DNA from: Obrimoposthia wandeli
Lineage: Eukaryota
Assembly: GCA_977020255.1 (NCBI GenBank)
Contig: CDROCS010005043.1
Span: 1-64,000 of the forward strand
DNA: 64,000 nt
Direction of reading: 5' to 3'
Shown here in pieces: positions 29,773-39,063 of the stretch (positions within the stretch are counted from its first letter, which is position 1; each line of letters starts with the position of its first letter). Both the position numbers and the translations under genes were made by a program. The notes below the pieces were generated by a model. That model was not told where the DNA came from. It worked only from the letters and a program-made list of their open reading frames with translations, and searched no databases.

Positions 29773-32265
29773 ATGAAAAAAAGCTTTAAGTATTGCGCCA
29801 TTGCAATCGCCATTAGCAGTGTTCTTACAGGCTGTAATGACGAAGACACCACGAATTCAAATAACAATAACGGAAATCCTTACGTTGTACCGATCGCTTC
29901 TGATATAAGTATCTCTGGTGATAGTTACGTGAATTCAACGCTAACAGGTGAATATAAATTTATTGATCCGAACTATTCACCACGTGCAGAAGGCGCAAGT
30001 GCTTATAGCTGGAAAGTAGATGATCTTGATGGCGATAGAACTAATGATGTTGCCATTACGGGTGCAAATGAGCGCACCTTATTACTAGCTGATAATCAAC
30101 TAGACCAGTCTGTATATTTGTGTGTCACACCTGAAGCAACAGGTAACACAAATACGACTGGTGAAACGAAATGTTCAACGGCGAAATTGGTTCAATCAGC
30201 AAACGGCTCTAAACCCTCAGCAACAAGTGCTGTTATCGATAACACAACTCCGACAGTTGGCGACACCTTGACGGGTAGTTATGACTATGCCGATGCTGAT
30301 AACGATCTAGAAAGCGGTTCAACTTTCCGCTGGAAAGCCAGCGCGAATGACATTACGGGTGCGACGAGCATTACTCACACACTGACTAATCAGCAAGAAG
30401 GGAAAGTCATTGAGTTTTGTGTCACACCAACGTCTGCCAACCCAGATAGCATTTCTAATTACCCAACAATTGGCGATGAAGTGTGCTCTGCTGTTGATAC
30501 AGATGCAGTACAGGAAAAAGTAGGTGATGCGCCGACAGCAAATAATATTGTGATCACTGGTGATCACACGGTAGGCTCAACACTGACTCCAACCTACGCT
30601 TTCAGTGATGCTGATAATGATGCACAAGGCAGCAGTACCTTTAGCTGGAAACGCGGTTCAATCGAAGTAGCAACAACATTAGCTTATGAATTAGTAAGCG
30701 CGGATGTTGGTGCGAATATTACCTTTACTGTGACGCCCGTTTCAGCGACAGGGCTACCAACAAATGGTACACCTGTAGAATCTGGCGCGATAACCGACGT
30801 CGCGCAACCTTCAGGTCCAACACCGACAATCTCTTTAAAGGCAGTAGATAAAGCCGGTAAAGCTTACCCTGAAATTAACGATACATTGACCGGTGGTTAC
30901 ACTTACACCCCGTCAATAACCAACTCAGCAGATGAATCTACCGCGGTATGGAAAGCAGCAGGTGTACCGATCACCGATGTCACTTGTACTACCGGTTCCG
31001 ATTGTTCTTTAACGCTCACTGACACTTATTACAATAAAGACTTAACGTATTGTGTGACGCCGAAAGCAGTTGATAGCTCTGCAGGTACTGAGAAATGTAG
31101 CGCCATCGAAAAAGTCTATGGTGTAAAACTCTCTGGCACACTCGAGTTTGGTAAAGAGTTAAAACTAGACATATCGGGTTATAACAATCCAAAGGTTGAA
31201 TGGAAAGTCGACGTTAGTGATATTGAAGGCCCAACCAGTGATGATAATCGCACGCCGCGTAATCCAGTAAAAACCGGTGAAGCAGCAAAAACGTTCTTAA
31301 TTGGCGCTGAAGTATTGAAACAAATCATCAATACAGATCAAGCTAGTCTACTTGACTTAGATGCTACTATTGGTAACAAAAACGGGATTGTTGATGATGC
31401 CGATTGGGCACAAGCCTCTCTTTTAGGTAATGTCACTATGGACAGTGGTTCTGTTGATGCCAACGCCATTAATGCCGCGAACTACGTAGGTAAAGAAGTC
31501 GAAGTTACTGTCACATTTACTGAATCAAACGTAGATCCAGTTACCTTGATCGCGTCAAAAACAACTGAAGTACTCGGTGGCGTTTATTACGATACCAGTG
31601 ATGCAACCAAGCGTGGTATTGAGCCTGTAAGAGAATTAGTTTTCGGTACTCTGGTTTATCACCGTCCATTGACTGTGGCTGAAGCAACTCATAAAGCGGC
31701 TGTTGGTTTTGGTGCTAACGTAGCTTATCCGCGTTATTCAAAACCATCAGCAGGAATCAACTGGGGACTATATCGCGCAATAAAAGATGCATCAGATACT
31801 GCTGATAAGTACAACTCAGACTTCCCTGCGGTTGAATCTTGCTTGAATCTATATGATGAAGCGGCTAAGGATGTTTGGCATTTACCTGCAAGCCGTTATG
31901 ATTCAGCTTACACAGCAAACGGTTTTGCAGCCCAAGGCAATAAGCCACCAATGGAAACTGCCGATGAAAAGTATTCATTAATCCAATTGGCAAGCGCGAT
32001 CAACAAAAGTGATAACACAGTCAGAAATGGCTTACTCGGCACTTATATCGACCGTACAACGCCGAACGAGAAACTTAATTATACCATTTCACCGACGACT
32101 GGGTGGCTATTAAATGGCAATACTGGACTAACTGCTTTTTGGAGCGCTACGAAACCAAATTCAAGTTCATCGACAGCGAACTCGGTATTATTCACAGAAT
32201 CAGGTGGTTCAGGTAACAACGGTTTGACCAATGGCCGCTTTGTTTCATGTGTTAGAGCAAAATAA
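29773..32265 (+). CDS. Lipoprotein with four tandem Ig-like repeats and a C-terminal invasin/DUF823-like (C-type-lectin-like) domain
   Basis: Lipobox LTGC. Four ~95-aa repeats (VG.TLTG.Y...D...S...W...V/CTP...G...CS). The tip has YHRPLTVAE...W...C...WHLP...TGW...FWS...FVSCVR. Confidence 0.75.
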   Translation: MKKSFKYCAIAIAISSVLTGCNDEDTTNSNNNNGNPYVVPIASDISISGDSYVNSTLTGEYKFIDPNYSPRAEGASAYSWKVDDLDGDRTNDVAITGANERTLLLADNQLDQSVYLCVTPEATGNTNTTGETKCSTAKLVQSANGSKPSATSAVIDNTTPTVGDTLTGSYDYADADNDLESGSTFRWKASANDITGATSITHTLTNQQEGKVIEFCVTPTSANPDSISNYPTIGDEVCSAVDTDAVQEKVGDAPTANNIVITGDHTVGSTLTPTYAFSDADNDAQGSSTFSWKRGSIEVATTLAYELVSADVGANITFTVTPVSATGLPTNGTPVESGAITDVAQPSGPTPTISLKAVDKAGKAYPEINDTLTGGYTYTPSITNSADESTAVWKAAGVPITDVTCTTGSDCSLTLTDTYYNKDLTYCVTPKAVDSSAGTEKCSAIEKVYGVKLSGTLEFGKELKLDISGYNNPKVEWKVDVSDIEGPTSDDNRTPRNPVKTGEAAKTFLIGAEVLKQIINTDQASLLDLDATIGNKNGIVDDADWAQASLLGNVTMDSGSVDANAINAANYVGKEVEVTVTFTESNVDPVTLIASKTTEVLGGVYYDTSDATKRGIEPVRELVFGTLVYHRPLTVAEATHKAAVGFGANVAYPRYSKPSAGINWGLYRAIKDASDTADKYNSDFPAVESCLNLYDEAAKDVWHLPASRYDSAYTANGFAAQGNKPPMETADEKYSLIQLASAINKSDNTVRNGLLGTYIDRTTPNEKLNYTISPTTGWLLNGNTGLTAFWSATKPNSSSSTANSVLFTESGGSGNNGLTNGRFVSCVRAK

Positions 32266-32301
32266 TACTCACTAACTAACTAACACATATGAAGTATAGT
32301 T

Positions 32302-32346
32302 AATCTCGTCATGACAAGTAACTCTTGTTAATGACGAGATTTTTTT
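32302..32346 (+). terminator. Terminator after the Ig-like lipoprotein
   Basis: aatctcgtcat...atgacgagatt stem plus T run. Confidence 0.8.
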
Positions 32347-32493
32347 AATCAAATATTCATAATTTATATCAAGATCTGATTAACAGACCTTGCACATGAG
32401 CCTGCTAACCAAATGAATATGCCTTGTAATTAGCGCTACCCCACGATTTCACTTAGTTACACCAAAGTATACTTCACGCCCCACCCCCTAAAA

Positions 32494-32548
32494 CAAAGCC
32501 AAACAAAGAAAAACAAAAGCGATCGAAACCACAAAATTAAAATCGAAG
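32494..32548. promoter_or_regulatory. Degenerate 10-bp-phased (C/G)AAAG boxes upstream of the beta-helix gene
   Basis: CAAAG 32494, CAAAG 32504, CAAAA 32514, CGAAA 32524, CGAAG 32544. Confidence 0.45.
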
Positions 32549-32700
32549 CCATTCACAACTAACAAAAAAAACATGTCGTCCTGATAAAATAAACCTAATT
32601 CTATATATTACTCATTGAGCTTAACTGTTGACTCAACACTCAAACTAGGACAACAGTTGCTCAACATAACTCTTAACAACTTATATATGGTAAGAACTTT

Positions 32701-33825
32701 ATGAAACACATGAAAAAAGTAAAATCAATATTAGGACTTTCTCTTCTATATTTACCGCTTAGTGTGAGCGCTTCAGTCTGTGGTGTAGTAGGTGGGGGTT
32801 CAGTCCCTCTCACTATAGATCATGACACCGCAAAAACAGTGTCAATTACCACTTACACTGAATTACAAAGTGCGCTGTTAGCAGGGGAAAAACATATCTA
32901 CATTCCCGGCAACATCACAATTACGATCCCCAATAGCAAGAATGCGTTAATCATCCCTGAAGGGACAACTTTATTCAGTGACCGTGGAACGAATAATAGT
33001 CCAGGAGCTTTATTGCAAACCAACTACCTCAATGAGGCAGACAATTATTATGCCGTGATATCCATCGCGAGTAATGTCGAATTAAGTGGCTTAAGGATCC
33101 AAGGCCCAAATAGTAATATTGATACAGACAATCTGACCATTGGCATGCAGTCTGTCGCTGGCAGTAAAAATATCGCTATTACTAATAGTGAACTCTATGC
33201 TTGGCCTGGCGCTGCGTTATCACTAAAAACATCGTTGAATGCAGAAATTAGCTACAGCTATATTCATCACAACAGAAAATCATCACGTGGTTATGGTGTT
33301 GTCGTACAAAACGGTAGTACATCAGCAGCAATATACTGCAATGTATTTGATGCCAACCGTCATAGTATTGCTGGTTCAGGGCAGTCTGGAGAATCTTATA
33401 CCGCGTCTTACAACCTGGTACTGCCAGAAGGTAAAGGCCATGCGTTTGATATGCATGAAAGCTCCGACCCAGCAAGTAAGATAGGTGGTAGTTATGTCAA
33501 TATAAGTAACAACTGGTTAGATTTTGGCGGTACAAAGTGGGGGCATTATCCGTCGATAAATGTGCGTGGAATACCAGAAGTTGGCGCGGCAACGATTCAG
33601 AAAAATCATTTCACATCAGCAATACAATATCTTGATGGCGGAGCCAGAACGAAACGCCCAATTGAAGGCGTATCTGGCGCGATAGCTGCAGATAATACAT
33701 TAAAAAGTAACAATGAATTTGATGTTAATTTTAACTATGCCAATGATGGTCAACAGTGTTCTTTCAGTTATGGTTCGATGACACAGCAAGTTAATTGTAC
33801 AGCTGTAAGTTCAGTATTACCTTAA
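32701..33825 (+). CDS. Secreted right-handed beta-helix (pectin-lyase-fold) protein, function unknown
   Basis: Signal peptide. Repeats with Asn/Ile ladders (VELSGLRIQG, IAITNSEL, ISYSYIHHN, IYCNVF..NRHSIAG, HAFDMH, VNISNNW). Confidence 0.7.
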   Translation: MKHMKKVKSILGLSLLYLPLSVSASVCGVVGGGSVPLTIDHDTAKTVSITTYTELQSALLAGEKHIYIPGNITITIPNSKNALIIPEGTTLFSDRGTNNSPGALLQTNYLNEADNYYAVISIASNVELSGLRIQGPNSNIDTDNLTIGMQSVAGSKNIAITNSELYAWPGAALSLKTSLNAEISYSYIHHNRKSSRGYGVVVQNGSTSAAIYCNVFDANRHSIAGSGQSGESYTASYNLVLPEGKGHAFDMHESSDPASKIGGSYVNISNNWLDFGGTKWGHYPSINVRGIPEVGAATIQKNHFTSAIQYLDGGARTKRPIEGVSGAIAADNTLKSNNEFDVNFNYANDGQQCSFSYGSMTQQVNCTAVSSVLP

Positions 33826-34107
33826 TTTCCTTATCTAATATTGATTGTGTTCACGGCCTTGTGTTACGTTTTCAGCAAGGCCGATACAAAACTCAGCAAC
33901 TGATTCAAGATACTCAGCCCAAAATAGCATCAAATAAACGTGGCTTTGCAAGTCATCAGATAAAATGACAAACGCGGTCAGATTACTATATTTACGACCT
34001 GAAAAGGATAAAGTACTTCTATATATTATCGTAAACTAACCCCGTCATCGGCAGATATTACGTGTAATAACGAGGTAGAGCATGCATTTTAAATATTGCC
34101 AAAAAAT

Positions 34108-34887
34108 TTAATAATCAGTCACTAATTTAAACGAATAAGACGGTGTCCTTAATCCTTTCATATCAACCGTCACCATCAGCCCTTCCCCTTGTTTTACAAG
34201 CGAAACTCGTGACTCTGGATCATCCACATGAATTGTGTCTGATAGCAATGTATCCACGCCTCGATGCATAAAACGATTCAGCTTTTCCGTATCCATAAAA
34301 TCAACATCAGATGCGTGTAGTTTAAACTGAGCTTGCGTTTGCGCTTTGTCTTTCACTGCCACATTAATAGCCATGTTTCCCAATTGATGCTGAGTACTCA
34401 CCAGCAAGGGGGTTTCAGCACTAATATAACCAGCATTACTTGGTGCAATAAAATCTGCCACTAAAAAGTATCGACGGTTCTCAGCCACAGCACGCACTTT
34501 GGTATTGTTGGCTAACACGCGAACATCTGGTTTCGCTAAATAATGAGTCTGTAACGTGTTTGGCATATTAGGCAATAATAACGTATGTTCACCATCACCG
34601 CGCATCACCACAATTTCATCATCCGACAGAAAATAACTGGTATTATCATCACTGACTAACACGGCATTTTGCAACGAACTGAATGCCATATCGCCAAAGT
34701 TCGCCAAACCAAATGTCAGGCCTGGTAAAGGTTGCATATCAGTCACTTTAATTTTATCGGCTTGCTTGTAAACAATAAAATCATCACCTTGATACTGCCA
34801 GTCACTTGCTTGTGCTGTTACTACTGTGGTTGCTAATAGTGATGCACATAAAAGCGATAACAGGGCTGGTTTCGATGTCATCATCAT
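34108..34887 (-). CDS. Exported hypothetical protein
   Basis: Signal peptide (..TAQA), no family recognised; ATGA overlap with the upstream phosphoesterase stop. Confidence 0.8.
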   Translation of the reverse strand: MMMTSKPALLSLLCASLLATTVVTAQASDWQYQGDDFIVYKQADKIKVTDMQPLPGLTFGLANFGDMAFSSLQNAVLVSDDNTSYFLSDDEIVVMRGDGEHTLLLPNMPNTLQTHYLAKPDVRVLANNTKVRAVAENRRYFLVADFIAPSNAGYISAETPLLVSTQHQLGNMAINVAVKDKAQTQAQFKLHASDVDFMDTEKLNRFMHRGVDTLLSDTIHVDDPESRVSLVKQGEGLMVTVDMKGLRTPSYSFKLVTDY

Positions 34888-36110
34888 GAGGCTACTCCAT
34901 AGGTTAATTCGTCCAACATCTCGCCTTGATCGTTACTGATCTGAACGTGGATGTTTTGACTATCCGCTTGCACATAAATGCGTGTTGCGGTGCCCGCTTT
35001 CGGACCACCACCCACAATCAACGGGAAACCGACATCTAGATTTTCATAAACATGGGTATGACCCGCTAACATCAAATCGACACCTGCCGCAGTTAGCACT
35101 TTCAACCAACGAGCCTGAAACGAACGACTAATTTCAGAAATCCATTGCGTTGGCACATGGTGCCAAATCGGGATGTGGCAACAAACAATACGAAACTGTG
35201 CATTTTTCCATTCAGGTGTTTGGATCACGGTTTTGATCCACTCTAACTGCTGCTCACGATAGGCTTCAAAATCCGCCAAACCTTGGTAATCTTCCCAAAA
35301 GTCAGGTTTATCTTCCCCTGTATCTAACATTAAAAACTGTACTGGCCCCTGTTTGAAAGTGTAATAATTAACACCTTCTGTCGGGGTACTTAAATAACGC
35401 TGCATACTGCGGGCATGTGTACCGCGACACTCATGGTTACCGCGTAAAAAATGCAAGATAGAGTTTGGCTCAATACCAACAAATTGCTGATAAATAATGT
35501 CTCTCAGCTGGTTTTCACTTTTTGCTTCGGTAATAAGATCGCCATTCAACAAGGTAAAATCAGCAGGCTGTTGCTTGGCTTGTGCCACCAAACGTTTTAT
35601 CACCGGATTATTTTGGTGCAGATCATTAAATACATTAAACCTAACTTGCTCTGTATTCTGAACTGGCATATAAACCGCAGGCTCAGAGACGACACGGTGG
35701 CCAAGCTTAAATGGCCATTCATCATTTAAACAAGGGCGTCCTAAAAAGCGGTAATTAATCTTGCTAACACCGCTACCAATTGCAAGTCGGAATGTATGAC
35801 AAGTATTTAATGTATTCATCAATCCCATGACCGCAGGTTTATGCGCAGTAAAAAAACCACCATCAACAGCATATTCAAGCTCAACAGCGGCATTTATATT
35901 GGTGAAAATAATGAGGTCAATGAAACCTGATTCGGCATAAGTGATCGCAGGGTGAGTAACGAAGGCAAATGCTTCGACAGGTTGCATCGTATGCTGTTCT
36001 TCCGGTTGAGATTGTGCAGTCACTGTCGGTGAAAACAACGATACCCCGGTACCGATAGCAACGGATGCAACAGACACCCCCTTCATAAACTGCCTTTTAC
36101 TTTTATCCAT
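34884..36110 (-). CDS. Tat-type calcineurin-like metallophosphoesterase (purple-acid-phosphatase-like, with N-terminal FN3-like part)
   Basis: NDLH, NGD, RGNHE, HIP and GHTH motifs; N-terminal SKRQFMK Tat-like motif. Confidence 0.85.
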   Translation of the reverse strand: MDKSKRQFMKGVSVASVAIGTGVSLFSPTVTAQSQPEEQHTMQPVEAFAFVTHPAITYAESGFIDLIIFTNINAAVELEYAVDGGFFTAHKPAVMGLMNTLNTCHTFRLAIGSGVSKINYRFLGRPCLNDEWPFKLGHRVVSEPAVYMPVQNTEQVRFNVFNDLHQNNPVIKRLVAQAKQQPADFTLLNGDLITEAKSENQLRDIIYQQFVGIEPNSILHFLRGNHECRGTHARSMQRYLSTPTEGVNYYTFKQGPVQFLMLDTGEDKPDFWEDYQGLADFEAYREQQLEWIKTVIQTPEWKNAQFRIVCCHIPIWHHVPTQWISEISRSFQARWLKVLTAAGVDLMLAGHTHVYENLDVGFPLIVGGGPKAGTATRIYVQADSQNIHVQISNDQGEMLDELTYGVAS

Positions 36111-36142
36111 AAATATACTCCTTCAAATAAATAAAATAATGT

Positions 36143-37897
36143 CTATTGCAACCACGTCGGCAAATACCCTAACCTGCGCTCGACTTGTGCTTGATATAAC
36201 GACTGCGGATACACAGATTTACCCAATGACTCAACATATGCCTGCGGTACGGTTAGCAACGGCTCTGGATACTTGGCATAACCGTTGTCATTCACGTATT
36301 GCACATAACCTTGGGTATCACTTACCGTGATTGGCGCACCGTGAAAGCCAATCAAATACGGCATAATGATCCGTCCATAAGCATTGTCCTTACGCATTAA
36401 CTCATAACCCTGTATTGGCTTATCAATATTGTTATAATTCCAATATATCAACCCTTTCAGATGGTTAGGTTGATTCATTATTGCCGCGCCCCAACGACCG
36501 TAGATCCAGCCCCCAGTGACATTATCAAACAAGTTCAAACGTGGTTGTGCACCATGTAAATCAGATGACGCATTGGCATTAAATTGGGTTTTAAAGTGCA
36601 CATTCGATGACGACATATGCGAGAAACCCGGTGCATGCCAAGCGTTAGAATTATCTGTAACATTCATCGACAAATTATTAAATGAGAACTGCATCTGTAA
36701 TGATAAATGCCCAGCATTACCATTGAGGTTCATATTTTTCACTGTCGAATTTGCCGTGATTGTGAGCGACATGCCGGCATTGAAATCGACTAATTCAAGA
36801 TCTTGCGCCCAGCTATTGGCAACACGTCGGAACTGGACAAGACTCCAAGCGCTGTCATGGATAAGGCCATCCGTCGTTAATTTATGATGTTTAAATGTAT
36901 CTTGCCAATTACCGCGAATGGTTAACTGTTCTAATCCCACGTTTTCCAGCATCGCGACTTTCGTTACCTGCCAATTATCTTCCGGGTCAATATCCACTTG
37001 GATTGGCGCATAAAACTTAATTTGATCACCATTAATGGCTTTGACCTGATGCAATTCTTGTAAGGCCAAACCTTGTCGCAATTTCGTCCAACGGCTTTCT
37101 AGCTTGTACGGTGAAATTTGCGCCTCAATATAATCGGGACGTTTAACTGATGCAGCTAATGCAACCCAATCACCAACTTTAAATTCCGCACCAATAATGC
37201 GCAGCTTATTCAGCTGGATAGTGTTACTGCTACCAGCAACATGGGTAGAACTGACCTTTGCAACAACGGCTTGTTCAGGTTGGCCTTTATTCGGTGAAGT
37301 GAAATTAATGATGCGTGGTGTTGACCACATTTTTTTCGGGTCTTTAGGCAATAACGGCATGCGCATAAACAGTTCAGTTTTACCCTGACCCGCGCCACGT
37401 AACACGATATTACTTTGCGTAATATTAATCAGTTTCTGCGCGGCAACATCGCTACTTTCATTAATCAATAATTGTCCTTCAGGGAAAGCTACGATAGCCG
37501 CACGTTTCTCCGCATCGTTGCCTTTTCGCCCATCTTCGACGTAACCTTCAGCTTGTTTGATTGCCTCGATAATTGCGCTTTTATCACTGTGTTCATCGTT
37601 AGCAATAGCGCCATAATCGGTGACGTTAAACACTTTATAAGTGGCACCATTCGGGGCGATATCACCACTCGGTAACGGCTGTTCGCCTCGTTGATAACCG
37701 ACGTAAGCAAAATTATTAAGTACCTCATCACCAGTAAACTTGCTTGCTGGGTCATACAGATCATTGCCCGCACTGCGTGAGGCTTCAAATTGTTGCCAAT
37801 AACGCGAAGTATTGACTTGCTCTGCAGCAAGTTCTCCACTCATCACCATCACCAGCGGCGCTAAACCCAGCAACAAGTTAATATATTTATATCTCAT
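36143..37897 (-). CDS. Secreted beta-helix protein, DUF4955-like, putative polysaccharide-active enzyme
   Basis: Signal peptide; FAYVGY..GE..LP, VFNVTDYGAIAND..SD..AI (pectate_lyase_3-type start), LRGAG, and C-terminal H..QPR.NLFD..GG...PNH...L.YWN. Confidence 0.7.
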   Translation of the reverse strand: MRYKYINLLLGLAPLVMVMSGELAAEQVNTSRYWQQFEASRSAGNDLYDPASKFTGDEVLNNFAYVGYQRGEQPLPSGDIAPNGATYKVFNVTDYGAIANDEHSDKSAIIEAIKQAEGYVEDGRKGNDAEKRAAIVAFPEGQLLINESSDVAAQKLINITQSNIVLRGAGQGKTELFMRMPLLPKDPKKMWSTPRIINFTSPNKGQPEQAVVAKVSSTHVAGSSNTIQLNKLRIIGAEFKVGDWVALAASVKRPDYIEAQISPYKLESRWTKLRQGLALQELHQVKAINGDQIKFYAPIQVDIDPEDNWQVTKVAMLENVGLEQLTIRGNWQDTFKHHKLTTDGLIHDSAWSLVQFRRVANSWAQDLELVDFNAGMSLTITANSTVKNMNLNGNAGHLSLQMQFSFNNLSMNVTDNSNAWHAPGFSHMSSSNVHFKTQFNANASSDLHGAQPRLNLFDNVTGGWIYGRWGAAIMNQPNHLKGLIYWNYNNIDKPIQGYELMRKDNAYGRIIMPYLIGFHGAPITVSDTQGYVQYVNDNGYAKYPEPLLTVPQAYVESLGKSVYPQSLYQAQVERRLGYLPTWLQ

Positions 37898-37932
37898 CCA
37901 CTTTCTCCAGATAACACATCAAAATAAAATAT

Positions 37933-37969
37933 AAAAAAAGCCGACCAAACAAAATGTTTAATCAGCTTT
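37933..37969 (-). terminator. Terminator after GH105
   Basis: Minus strand aaagctgattaaac-atttt-gtttggtcggcttt (G-U pairs) plus U run. Confidence 0.7.
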
Positions 37970-38003
37970 ATTAGTGCTACTCAATAATTGTATTTAACTA
38001 TTG

Positions 38004-39053
38004 TTATTTAGCTAAATGGGCAACTTCAGTTGCCGCAAGTAAGAAAGCACCCGCACCATAATCGATGTTGTGTTCGAACTTCACGTCACGTGGGTTAAAC
38101 GCCGGTAATTGTACCCACCCCATCATGCCATTATCGTGGATAGCTGTTTGCAGCGCTGTCCAGGCTTTTTCTAATACTGGTAAATAAGTCTCACGATCTA
38201 ATTCACCGTTATTAATCCCCCAAGCAAGGCCGTAGCAAAACAATGATGTAGCGCTACTTTCTGGTGCAGGGAAGTTTTCTGGATCCAGTAAACTGGTACG
38301 CCAGAAACCGTCTGCTTGCTGATATTTAATCACTTCAGCAGCCAGGTTTTTAAACAATGCTAAATAACGCGCTTTATCAGCAAAATCGTCCGGTAAACGC
38401 GCCATCAAACGTGGTACAGACGCAAGAACCCAGCCGATGCCACGGCTCCAGAATACTTTTTCACCATTGGCTTCACGTAATTCACCGCCTTTTCCATCTG
38501 GAATATAACGGTGATCACGATAAAAAAGACCGGTTTCTGGATCAAACAAATGCTCTACTGAATCCCAATAAGCGATATTCATGTAGTCTAAATATTTGTT
38601 ATCACCCGTTTGCTTAGTTAATGCTGCAAACGACGGCGGAGCCATAAATAATGAATCACACCACCACCAGTCTTTACGACCAGGTTCTGGGTTATCAACC
38701 ATCAGATCTAACGCTTTAACGGTAGAGTCTAATGCTTCAACTTGATCGACCACAGGGTAAACATCTAAGTACGCCTGACAACAGATATGGTCATCAGCAA
38801 AACGGGCATTAGGCCCGGTTCTGAATCCAGTATGTAGTGCATAGTTCATCACTCCGTCTAGGTACTCTGCATCATCACTTGCTTTCCAAGCTGCTGACGC
38901 ACAAGACCAAAACACACCACGTTCCCAATCAGTATCTTTAATGAAGCGTGTTTTACCACTGCGACGTACCACACTACGAGTTTGGTTTGCCGCTTGATAA
39001 CGATAGACACGTTTCATCGTATCTAAAACTTGCTGTTTCGTTCCAAAAGCCAT
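38004..39053 (-). CDS. GH105/GH88-type unsaturated glycuronyl hydrolase, cytoplasmic
   Basis: W.RGVFW, ADD..C.Q.Y, WWWCDSLFMAPP, GLFYRD, FWSRG.GW, ESSATSLF.Y, YG.GAFLLA; no signal peptide. Confidence 0.88.
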   Translation of the reverse strand: MAFGTKQQVLDTMKRVYRYQAANQTRSVVRRSGKTRFIKDTDWERGVFWSCASAAWKASDDAEYLDGVMNYALHTGFRTGPNARFADDHICCQAYLDVYPVVDQVEALDSTVKALDLMVDNPEPGRKDWWWCDSLFMAPPSFAALTKQTGDNKYLDYMNIAYWDSVEHLFDPETGLFYRDHRYIPDGKGGELREANGEKVFWSRGIGWVLASVPRLMARLPDDFADKARYLALFKNLAAEVIKYQQADGFWRTSLLDPENFPAPESSATSLFCYGLAWGINNGELDRETYLPVLEKAWTALQTAIHDNGMMGWVQLPAFNPRDVKFEHNIDYGAGAFLLAATEVAHLAK

Positions 39054-39063
39054 AACGGACTCC

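Noticed and set aside
32130-32265. C-type-lectin-like tip as a diversity-generating retroelement target
   Set aside because: No template repeat and no reverse transcriptase in the window.
33826-34107. 280-bp gap between convergent genes with a cggccttg/caaggccg inverted repeat and short open frames
   Set aside because: No start-codon-led ORF of useful length and no recognisable RNA family; could be a decayed remnant, but unsupported.
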